This document shows, piece by piece, positions 47,164 to 55,113 of a stretch of DNA of 64,000 bases. The stretch is taken from contig CAZBGY010000002.1 of the NCBI GenBank assembly GCA_964491605.1, positions 82,829-146,828 of the forward strand. Direction: 5' to 3'. A program made the position numbers and the translations under genes. The stretch is from an uncultured Candidatus Bathyarchaeia archaeon (GTDB lineage Archaea > Thermoproteota > CALKCG01 > B24 > DRYS01). Numbering within the stretch: position 1 is the stretch's first letter; every line of letters begins with the position of its first letter. A model generated the notes under the pieces. It was given only the letters and a program-made list of their open reading frames with translations, did not search any database and had not been told where the DNA came from.

Positions 47164-48141
47164 ATGGATAGATTTCGAGTGGTGGTAACAGCTCCGATAC
47201 ATAGTGAAGCGCTCGATCTACTCAGAAAAGAGGCGGATGTGCATATATTCGAAAAACCGCCGACTGAAGATGAGCTTATAGAATCTGTGAGGGGCGCTGA
47301 TGCTATACTCGTAACGCTTAACGTAGAGAGGGTGAGTAGGAGGGTTATAGAGTCTGCATCTAGACTTAGAGTGATAGCTAGGCATGGAGTAGGATACGAT
47401 AACGTAGACGTTGAAGCAGCTACCGAGAGGGGGGTTTGGGTTACGATAACACCGGTTCTCCACGAAACGGTAGCGGATATGGCTTTCTCGCATATATTAT
47501 GTTTAGCTAGGAATATCTGTAAAGCGTCACAGTATGTTAAATCTAGATCTTGGAAGATTAGGGATCCGTTCGTATTCGCAGGTGTGGATGTATGGGGTAA
47601 GGTTATAGGTATCATAGGGCTTGGAAGGATAGGGGCGGCTATAGCTAAACGTGCAAAAGGATTCTCTATGAAGATACTATACTATGATATAGTTAGGAAG
47701 CCTTCACTGGAGATAGAGCTTGAAGCAGAGTATAGATCGTTAATGGATCTGCTTAGAGAATCCGACTTCGTAGTAGTATCATGCCCGTTAACCGAGCATA
47801 CACGTGGTATGATAGGGGAAGATGAGCTTAAACTCATGAAACCTACAGCTATTTTGATCAATATAGCTAGAGGACCTATAGTGGATCACGACGCCCTCGT
47901 GAGAGCTTTGAGGGAGGGATGGATAGCCGGAGCTGGCTTAGACGTATTCTGGCAAGAACCTCTACCCTTAGACGATCCGTTATTAGATCTTGATAACGTA
48001 ATACTAACCCCGCATATAGCCTCTAATACGATAGAATGCAGGAGGAGAATGGCTTTAACAGCCGTCGAGGAGATTCTCAGAGTCTTGCATGGAGAGAAAC
48101 CTAGATACCCTGTAAACGATGTATCGAGAAAACCTAATTAA
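47164..48141 (+). CDS. D-isomer-specific 2-hydroxyacid dehydrogenase (glyoxylate/hydroxypyruvate reductase-like)
   Basis: NAD-binding GIIGLGRIG, INIARG..VD and TPHIAS. The ATG at 47164 follows GGGGGGTGGA. Confidence 0.85.
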   Translation: MDRFRVVVTAPIHSEALDLLRKEADVHIFEKPPTEDELIESVRGADAILVTLNVERVSRRVIESASRLRVIARHGVGYDNVDVEAATERGVWVTITPVLHETVADMAFSHILCLARNICKASQYVKSRSWKIRDPFVFAGVDVWGKVIGIIGLGRIGAAIAKRAKGFSMKILYYDIVRKPSLEIELEAEYRSLMDLLRESDFVVVSCPLTEHTRGMIGEDELKLMKPTAILINIARGPIVDHDALVRALREGWIAGAGLDVFWQEPLPLDDPLLDLDNVILTPHIASNTIECRRRMALTAVEEILRVLHGEKPRYPVNDVSRKPN

Positions 48142-48269
48142 GGATCCCCAGCTCTAAGATATATTCCGGGGTGCGATGGCAGCTCTGGCCCTTGCGACCC
48201 CCTATGAGCGAGATCTTGAGTGTGCTAAGCACCCCGTTTCCACTACTCTATCAAAATCTAGAGAAACCA

Positions 48270-48276
48270 TTTTTTT
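48270..48276 (+). terminator. T7 tract (archaeal terminator-like) after the dehydrogenase gene and GC-rich element
   Basis: TTTTTTT at 48270-48276, preceded by a GTTTC...GAAAC inverted repeat (48236-40 / 48263-67). Confidence 0.35.
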
Positions 48277-48420
48277 AAGCTATAGTTGCATACGAGTGTG
48301 CTTCCATTAACACCCAGATTTTGGGTATCATAGCTAGACCGTGAAACTATGGAGATAAAAGTTTTTAAATTAGCGATGGGGATGCTTTTTTAGCCCCGTT
48401 AAGGGGGAGGGGTTAAAACT

Positions 48421-48528
48421 ATGTTCAGATTCGAGGAAGAGGAAGAAGAGGAAGAATGGGAGGAAGAATGGGAAGAGGAAGAATGGGAGGAAGAGGAGTG
48501 GGAGGAGGAAGAGGAAGAAGAATGGTGA
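48421..48528 (+). CDS. Micro-ORF encoding a 35-aa poly-Glu/Trp peptide (MFRFE8WE3WE4WE4WE7W)
   Basis: The ATG is preceded by GGGGGAGGGG (48403-12) at 8-nt spacing. All five TGG triplets are in one codon phase within a (GAR)n tract. The stop is TGA 48526-28. All three forward frames are open here, so coding status is inferred rather than proven. Confidence 0.4.
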   Translation: MFRFEEEEEEEEWEEEWEEEEWEEEEWEEEEEEEW

Positions 48529-48612
48529 TCTAACTCCCAAACCTCTGTCTACCTATCTCATTTTTCTTTCCTTTACGCTTCGCATTATAGTAAGCGATTT
48601 TAGGTGGTGGTT

Positions 48613-50412
48613 ATGGTTGGTAGGGTAGCTGTGATCGATAGGGATAGCTGTCGCATCGAGGATTGCGGGCTACTATGTAGACGTTTATGCCCGCTTGTTA
48701 GGAATAAGATCGAAGCTGTGAAGGTAGATGATAAGGGTAGGCCCGTGATAGCTGAGGAGCTATGTATCGGGTGTGGTATATGCGTTAATAGATGCCCGTT
48801 TAAAGCTATATCGATAGTCAACCTTCCAGGGGAGCTTGAAGACGAGTGTATCCATAGGTATGGGGTTAACGGGTTTAAGCTATTCAGGCTACCCGTACCG
48901 GCTAAATCTACGGTTTTAGGTCTTGTAGGTAAGAATGGGGTGGGTAAATCCACATCTCTCCGTATACTTGCGGGTAAGCTTAAACCTAATCTAGGTGTAG
49001 TCGAAGGGGATCCACCTGATTGGGATTCAATAATAGAATATTTTAGCGGTACATTTCTCAAGGAATATTTTAGCAAGCTTGCCTCAGGGGAGCTTAGGGT
49101 AGCATATAAGCCTCAGTATGTCGATTTAATACCTAGAGCATTCAGAGGAAAGGCTGGTAAGCTTCTATCTAAGCTGGATGAACGCTGTATACTCGATGAA
49201 CTTAAATCAGTCCTCGAATTAGAGGAGGTCATGGATAGGGAGGTAAACGTACTCAGCGGCGGAGAGCTTCAAAGAGTAGCTGTAGCAGCGGTGGTATGTA
49301 GAGATGCTGATGTATATATATTCGATGAGCCCTCAAGCTATCTAGACGTACGTCAGAGGCTTAGAGTAGCTAGGGTTATTAGAGAATTAGCTAAACAGGA
49401 TGTTATGATCGTTGTAGCTGAACACGACCTGATAGTTCTAGATTATATGTCGGATATGGTATCAGTTTTGTATGGCGATCCTGGAATCTACGGCATCGTA
49501 TCGTATCCTAGAGCTGTTAGAGATGGAATAAACATGTTTTTAGAGGGATATATTCCAAGCGAAAACATGAGGTTTAGAAGTCAACCTATAAGGTTTCAAG
49601 TTAAACCACCTACGCAGACCTTGGAATCTACGAATATAGCATATAGCTGGGGTTATATGGTTAAGAAGCTTGGAGGATTCACTTTAAGAGTGGAGGCTGG
49701 ATTTATACGTACGGGTGAGGTTATAGGTATACTCGGACCGAACGGTATCGGTAAAACTACGTTTGTTAAGCTTCTAGCAGGATTAGAGAAGCCTGATGAA
49801 GGAGATACTCTACCTGGAGGTATAAGGGTGAGCTATAAACCTCAGTATATATCTGGAGATTATGAGGGGACAGTCGAGGTATTCTTGAAGAAGACTATAG
49901 GCGATAGGATAGAGTCGAGCTTCCTTAAAGAGGAACTCTATAGACCCTTTAAGCTGGATAAGATACTAGATAGGAGGGTATCGGATTTAAGCGGTGGAGA
50001 ATTACAGAAGCTAGCTATATCCGTATGCTTAGCTGCGGATGCAGATATATATCTGCTCGACGAGCCTAGTGCGTATCTAGATGTGGAGGAGAGGTTAGCT
50101 ATGGCTAAAGCGGTCCGTAGGATCGTAGAGAATCTTGGTAGAGTTGCTTTCGTCGTAGAGCATGATATACTAGTCCAGGATTTCATAGCAGATAGGCTTA
50201 TGGTGTTTTCAGGTATACCAGGGGTTGAAGGGTATGGATATAAACCTACCGATATGAGGAGCGGTATGAATATGTTCCTTAAAGAGCTTGGGATAACGTT
50301 TAGAAGGGATAGGCAGACCTATAGGCCTAGAGCAAATAAGGAGGGTTCGAGGTTGGATAGGATGCAGAAGGAGCTCGGCGAATACTATTATATGACGATC
50401 GAGGAGGAGTAA
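48613..50412 (+). CDS. abce1: ABCE1 / RNase L inhibitor homolog (ribosome recycling ATPase)
   Basis: N-terminal Fe-S domain (AVIDRDSC...CPL...CIGCGICVNRCP) plus two ABC domains (GKNGVGKST, LSGGELQR, GPNGIGKTT, LSGGELQK). The ATG at 48613 follows AGGTGG. Confidence 0.95.
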   Translation: MVGRVAVIDRDSCRIEDCGLLCRRLCPLVRNKIEAVKVDDKGRPVIAEELCIGCGICVNRCPFKAISIVNLPGELEDECIHRYGVNGFKLFRLPVPAKSTVLGLVGKNGVGKSTSLRILAGKLKPNLGVVEGDPPDWDSIIEYFSGTFLKEYFSKLASGELRVAYKPQYVDLIPRAFRGKAGKLLSKLDERCILDELKSVLELEEVMDREVNVLSGGELQRVAVAAVVCRDADVYIFDEPSSYLDVRQRLRVARVIRELAKQDVMIVVAEHDLIVLDYMSDMVSVLYGDPGIYGIVSYPRAVRDGINMFLEGYIPSENMRFRSQPIRFQVKPPTQTLESTNIAYSWGYMVKKLGGFTLRVEAGFIRTGEVIGILGPNGIGKTTFVKLLAGLEKPDEGDTLPGGIRVSYKPQYISGDYEGTVEVFLKKTIGDRIESSFLKEELYRPFKLDKILDRRVSDLSGGELQKLAISVCLAADADIYLLDEPSAYLDVEERLAMAKAVRRIVENLGRVAFVVEHDILVQDFIADRLMVFSGIPGVEGYGYKPTDMRSGMNMFLKELGITFRRDRQTYRPRANKEGSRLDRMQKELGEYYYMTIEEE

Positions 50413-50465
50413 GTTTTAATTATATGTAGATAGAGTAACAAGAATTCTATTCAGGTGTTGGCGAT

Positions 50466-51587
50466 TTGAAGATATCTCGGAATAGCCTTGCGAAGCTTGA
50501 GACGGAATATAGAGGTTATCTTGAAGGCGAGCTACTAGATAGATTCTTCAAGGATTTCGATATAAAATTCGCAGCTGGACATTGGTCTGCAGGAGATTTC
50601 ATCGATAGATTCGCTACGAAGGGATACTTCCCAGAGTTGGATTCCAGCATAGAAGCTCAGCTTAGAAGGATAGCTGAGGCAGGTATAGAGGGGGTTGAGT
50701 TCCATGATGTACTCTTCCTAGATGAGAACTTGAAGATATCTGAAGATAGGGTTACGAAGATTAGATCTATCCTAGAGGAGCTAGGTATCAGAGTATCCAA
50801 TATGAACGTCAACATGTTTACCGATCCTAGATGGAAGCTTGGATCCGTGACGAACCCTATAAGAGAAGTTAGGGAGAAGGCTTTCGAAGTATTACTGCAA
50901 GCTGCGGATCTAGCTAGAGAGATGGGGAGCCCTAGTCTAAGCTTATGGCCAGGTCAAGATGGGTGGGATTACAATTTTGAATCCAACTACCTACGTAAAT
51001 TTGAATGGTTCCTAGATGCATGCATACAAGCTTCGAAGAGATGTAGGGAGCTAGGTCTTAAATTCGGTGTAGAAGCTAAACTTAAAGAGCCGAAGGAGGG
51101 GAATATGATAGTTCCTACCACCCATCTAGCTGGATGGATAGCATACAAGGTAAACGAGGAGATCGGATCTAAGGTTATGGGTGTAACTATAGATTACGGT
51201 CATGAGCAGATGTATGCCGTCGAACCTGCATTCACGGTATACACATTGCATAGTATGGGTGTACCTATAGTAGGGTTCCACATAAATACGGCTAAGCTGC
51301 ATAGTAACGATGAAGATAGAGTATTCGGGACAGGAGATATATGGCGCTTCATAGATTACCTATATGCAGCTGTAGATATAGGTTACGATGGATGGTTCGG
51401 AGAAGATCAATTCACCTACAGGATGGACCCCGTCAAAGCTATGAAGCTTAGTAAAGAGATATTCGGAAACCTTATGAAGAAAGCTCTACTAATATACGCT
51501 AGAAAGGAGGAGCTGGAGGGAGCTAGGGAGACAGGTGATCAAGCTAAGGTAATTGATATAGTTAAGAAGATAATACTCACCGGTTGA
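50466..51587 (+). CDS. Xylose-isomerase-like TIM-barrel sugar isomerase/epimerase
   Basis: 373 aa with AP-endonuclease 2 / xylose isomerase-like barrel features (FHD, ...E.K.KEP, DYGHE). Substrate unknown. Confidence 0.65.
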   Translation: MKISRNSLAKLETEYRGYLEGELLDRFFKDFDIKFAAGHWSAGDFIDRFATKGYFPELDSSIEAQLRRIAEAGIEGVEFHDVLFLDENLKISEDRVTKIRSILEELGIRVSNMNVNMFTDPRWKLGSVTNPIREVREKAFEVLLQAADLAREMGSPSLSLWPGQDGWDYNFESNYLRKFEWFLDACIQASKRCRELGLKFGVEAKLKEPKEGNMIVPTTHLAGWIAYKVNEEIGSKVMGVTIDYGHEQMYAVEPAFTVYTLHSMGVPIVGFHINTAKLHSNDEDRVFGTGDIWRFIDYLYAAVDIGYDGWFGEDQFTYRMDPVKAMKLSKEIFGNLMKKALLIYARKEELEGARETGDQAKVIDIVKKIILTG

Positions 51588-51789
51588 GGAGAGTTAAAGT
51601 AAGTTCTCAGATTCTCGTCCACTATTTTTATCCTTGCTTCAGTGAGGTTTGCTAACAGTTTCTGAATAGATGGATTTTTACAGCTGTTTATGATAGCTCT
51701 GCTCCCAGAGCAGAATGGATGAAGGACCCTGAAACCGTAAGGCAGTGGAAGGGTAAGGTTGAAATCTATGAACTTCGCGATGGTTCTTA

Positions 51790-52758
51790 TTAACCGTAGA
51801 GCCAGCATGCTACGTATCTATTCTTCTCTACTTCATGGAGTATAGGCTCCTTCTCCCTACATATAGGCATAGCGTACGGACATCTAGGATGAAAACGGCA
51901 GCCGGGAGGCATGTTGACCGGGTTCGGAGGCTCACCAGGGATAACTTTCCTTTCCGTGAATCTATTCTTTGGATCTGGATCCGGTATAGCATCTATCAAA
52001 GCCTTCGTATATGGATGTAACGGATCTGAAACTACCGCTCTTATATAGCCTGATTCGACGAATCTACCCGCATACATTATTCCTATACGATCTGAGAAGT
52101 ATTTCACCGTAGCGATATCATGAGTTATGTATAGGAAGGATATGCCGTACCTATCTTGAAGCTCTTTGAGGAGGTAGAGTATTTCTATCCTAACGGATAC
52201 GTCGAGCATAGAGACCGGTTCATCAGCTACTACGAAACGCGGTTTCAGTATTAATGCTCTAGCTATAGCTACCCTCTGCCTCTGTCCACCGCTTAGCATA
52301 TGAGGATACTTACCTACAAACTCCTCGACCGGTGTAAGCTTAACATCCCCCAAAGCTTTGTAGATAAGCTCCGATCTATCGCCCTCTACCTTATTCACTA
52401 TTAAAGGTTCCTCTAAAGTTTTGTATACGGTGAAGAACGGGTTTAGGCTACTGAATGGATCCTGGTATATTATCTGAGCCTCCCTACGATACCAACCCAA
52501 ATCTTTATTCGATACTCTAGTTATATCCCTTCCATCGTATATTATAGATCCGGATGTCGGTTCGATAAGTTTAAGGCATGTTTTACCTAGGGTGGTCTTA
52601 CCAGATCCAGATTCACCTACAATAGCTAGGGTTTCACCTCTACGTAGATCAAAGCTAACATCATCTACAGCCCTAACGAATAATGCTTCTCTGAGTAATC
52701 TTCTTATAGGAAACCAAACTTTCAGGTTTCGTACTTCTAGGAGGTTGCTCGTGGGCAA
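51790..52758 (-). CDS. Dpp/Opp-type ABC transporter ATP-binding protein (OppF-like)
   Basis: GESGSGKTT, LSGGQRQR, VVADEP and a C-terminal oligopeptide-type extension with CRFHPRCP. Confidence 0.9.
   Translation of the reverse strand: MPTSNLLEVRNLKVWFPIRRLLREALFVRAVDDVSFDLRRGETLAIVGESGSGKTTLGKTCLKLIEPTSGSIIYDGRDITRVSNKDLGWYRREAQIIYQDPFSSLNPFFTVYKTLEEPLIVNKVEGDRSELIYKALGDVKLTPVEEFVGKYPHMLSGGQRQRVAIARALILKPRFVVADEPVSMLDVSVRIEILYLLKELQDRYGISFLYITHDIATVKYFSDRIGIMYAGRFVESGYIRAVVSDPLHPYTKALIDAIPDPDPKNRFTERKVIPGEPPNPVNMPPGCRFHPRCPYAMPICREKEPILHEVEKNRYVACWLYG
51793..51910. repeat. 118-nt segment 100% identical to 52768..52885 (3' ends of the two ATPase genes)
   Basis: Base-by-base comparison of the two stretches. 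Both encode PPGCRFHPRCPYAMPICREKEPILHEVEKNRYVACWLYG. Confidence 0.95.
52605..52677. repeat. 73-nt segment 100% identical to 53589..53661 (5' regions of the two ATPase genes)
   Basis: Base-by-base comparison. Both encode VRAVDDVSFDLRRGETLAIVGESG. Confidence 0.95.
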
Positions 52759-52761
52759 GGA

Positions 52762-53721
52762 TTACTCACCGTAGAGCCAGCATGCTACGTATCTATTCTT
52801 CTCTACTTCATGGAGTATAGGCTCCTTCTCCCTACATATAGGCATAGCGTACGGACATCTAGGATGAAAACGGCAGCCGGGAGGCGGGGATACTAAATCT
52901 GGAGGGGCACCTGGTATGAATTCAAGCTTTTTATCCGTCCTCAGGGTAGGTATACTAGCTAGAAGCTTCTGAGAGTATGGATGTCTAGGATCTAAGTATA
53001 CTTGCTCTGCAGTCCCATACTCCACTATCTTACCTCCATACATAACCACGATCATATCGGCAAGCTCGCTTGCAAGAGCTAAATCATGCGTTATGAAGAT
53101 GTATGAAAGGTTCTCCTCCCTTTTAAGCTTCTTTAGTAAATTCATTATGTTAGCTTGGGTTATAACATCCAATGCGGATGTAGGTTCATCGAGTATAACT
53201 ATCTCTGGGTTCAACGCTAAAGCCATAGCTATAACGACTCTCTGCTTCATACCGCCGCTAAGCTCATGAGGGTATCTATCAGCTACGAATGATGGAAGCC
53301 CGACTAAACCTAGTAGTTCTCTAGCTTTACTGAGAGCTTCGCTCCTACTCAGTTTACCATGAACTATGAGCGGTTCAGCGACTTGGAATCCTACTCTCAT
53401 CACAGGATTTAAAGCATTCATAGCTCCTTGAAAGACCATGGAGATCCTTCTCCAAGCTATTTCTTCCCTAAATCTTCCATCATCAAGCTTCATAACGTCC
53501 ATCCCATCTAATATTATACTCCCTTCGTATGTATCGATATTTCGAGGCAGTATCCTCATTATAGCTGTAGCCGTAGAGGATTTGCCGCATCCAGATTCAC
53601 CTACAATAGCTAGGGTTTCACCTCTACGTAGATCAAAGCTAACATCATCTACAGCCCTAACTATGCCTCTTCTAGTCCTATAGTATAGCTTCAAATCCCT
53701 AACTTTTAGAAGATCTTCCAT
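52762..53721 (-). CDS. Dpp/Opp-type ABC transporter ATP-binding protein (OppD-like)
   Basis: GESGCGKSS, LSGGMKQR, VILDEP and the same C-terminal CRFHPRCP extension. Confidence 0.9.
   Translation of the reverse strand: MEDLLKVRDLKLYYRTRRGIVRAVDDVSFDLRRGETLAIVGESGCGKSSTATAIMRILPRNIDTYEGSIILDGMDVMKLDDGRFREEIAWRRISMVFQGAMNALNPVMRVGFQVAEPLIVHGKLSRSEALSKARELLGLVGLPSFVADRYPHELSGGMKQRVVIAMALALNPEIVILDEPTSALDVITQANIMNLLKKLKREENLSYIFITHDLALASELADMIVVMYGGKIVEYGTAEQVYLDPRHPYSQKLLASIPTLRTDKKLEFIPGAPPDLVSPPPGCRFHPRCPYAMPICREKEPILHEVEKNRYVACWLYGE
52768..52885. repeat. Partner copy of 51793..51910
   Basis: Identical 118 nt. Confidence 0.95.
53589..53661. repeat. Partner copy of 52605..52677
   Basis: Identical 73 nt. 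Confidence 0.95.
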
Positions 53722-53727
53722 CCCATG

Positions 53728-55110
53728 CTACCTCTCCCTCAACCTAGGGTTAACGACTTTATCTAAGGCTAAGCCTATGAACGCGAATGAGATGGCCGTA
53801 AGTATTATCAAAGCAGAGGGGAGCAGGATCCACCACCATAAACCATGTACTACTGCTCCTCCAGAATAGGCATCGCTTATGATCTTACCCCACGTAGGCA
53901 TCATGGGATCGCCTAAACCCAGTACACTTAAAGCGGCCTCTAGGAATACATAACCGGGTACGGATAACACTATATTAGCCATGGTGTAAGGCATTAATCT
54001 GGGTAGTATGTATAGAAATAGGATGCGTCTACGACTAGCACCATAAGATATAGCTGCTTCGATATACTGCTCACTCATGATTTGGAAGGTCATACTCCTA
54101 GCGGTTTTCGTAGCTCCTCCGAATAGGCTTAAACCTACTACTACCATTAGAAGCATCCATATATCTATCCTATATATGACAGATATAGTGATGAGTATAG
54201 GTAGGAACGGTATTATCATGTACACATCCGTGATCCTCTGAATAACCTCATCGATCAACCCTCCATACCATGCGCTTAGCGAGCCTACAAAACTCTGTAT
54301 GAAGTTAGTAGCTATGGCTGCGAGTAAACCGAAAGCTAAAGCTATAGGCGCACCCCAAACTAAACCTACGAAGAGATCGCGTCTCTTATCATCAGTGCCT
54401 GCTAAACCGTAAACCTTACCATACACTATCAGCTCAGCTTCGATATCCGCATACGGATCCGATGATACAGCTTCCACCCTAACCCTATATCTACCATTAA
54501 CCGGTATGGATTCGCTATGGGCTATACTATTATCCATGAATAGGATCACTTCAGGGTTTACTATAGATGGAACAGTTAGATTAAGCCGTTTCAACGAATC
54601 TCTGATATATTCCCGTACATCTATTTGACGCGATATATAAACAGTATTCAAACCTTGCTTAAAGGATCCCTTCCATATAGTTATATCTACACCACTAGGT
54701 TGAATCCATCGTATAGTTACGAAAGCCCCCTCGGTATCCACGTATACTGAGAGACGTAATTCTGACGGAAAGTCCTTATAGGGATATAGGAATTCTGCCT
54801 CAAGTATAAAGTATTTCAAACCCGCAATCTCGAGATAATATGAGTATTTCCGAAAACTATCATTGGAGATTATTATAGTTTCAGGAAGCTTCCCGCCAAG
54901 AAATGTATTCACCCAACTCGGTAATGCGAGTCTAGGATTATACTGCCAGAATGATGGGTTATTCCATTCCCTAGCTACATCGAACGGTACATATACTAGG
55001 GCTAGAGTAGATAGAACTGTTATAGCTATCAGAATCGATAATCCTATTATACCGGTCTTAGAGCGTAATACGGCATCTACTACATCCTGTAATCCTCCAG
55101 GTATACTCAT
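53728..55110 (-). CDS. Dpp/Opp-type ABC transporter permease (OppC-like, with a large extracytoplasmic insert after TM1)
   Basis: N-terminal TM, a ~200 aa soluble segment, then a BPD_transp_1 core with an EAA-like loop (EAAISYGASRRRILF). Confidence 0.85.
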   Translation of the reverse strand: MSIPGGLQDVVDAVLRSKTGIIGLSILIAITVLSTLALVYVPFDVAREWNNPSFWQYNPRLALPSWVNTFLGGKLPETIIISNDSFRKYSYYLEIAGLKYFILEAEFLYPYKDFPSELRLSVYVDTEGAFVTIRWIQPSGVDITIWKGSFKQGLNTVYISRQIDVREYIRDSLKRLNLTVPSIVNPEVILFMDNSIAHSESIPVNGRYRVRVEAVSSDPYADIEAELIVYGKVYGLAGTDDKRRDLFVGLVWGAPIALAFGLLAAIATNFIQSFVGSLSAWYGGLIDEVIQRITDVYMIIPFLPILITISVIYRIDIWMLLMVVVGLSLFGGATKTARSMTFQIMSEQYIEAAISYGASRRRILFLYILPRLMPYTMANIVLSVPGYVFLEAALSVLGLGDPMMPTWGKIISDAYSGGAVVHGLWWWILLPSALIILTAISFAFIGLALDKVVNPRLRER

Positions 55111-55113
55111 AAT

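Noticed and set aside
47142-47615. Long antisense or shadow ORFs in the track, for example 47142..47615, 48600..49076, 17473..17982, 38477..38992, 6924..7424 and 14011..14445.
   Set aside because: Each lies entirely opposite a strongly supported CDS. They have Ser/Leu/Pro/Ile-rich shadow-frame composition and no independent start signals.
48168-48235. tRNA reading of the GGGGTGC...GCACCCC element.
   Set aside because: It is only 68 nt, with no D, anticodon or T arms that pair on either strand. It is kept only as a generic structured-RNA candidate.
48422-48630. Alternative frames of the purine tract: an RK-rich frame open from 48374 to about 48630, and an RG-rich frame with internal ATGs.
   Set aside because: The RK frame has no ATG/GTG/TTG start. 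The RG frame's ATGs have no dedicated SD at proper spacing, and there the GAA/GAG wobble would be non-synonymous (R/G). They cannot be formally excluded, which is why the micro-ORF confidence is only 0.4.
51539-51808. 89-aa minus-strand ORF in the convergent spacer between the sugar isomerase and oppF.
   Set aside because: It overlaps the 3' ends of both flanking genes, has no SD or promoter, and its composition is low-complexity and odd. It is most likely a chance ORF.
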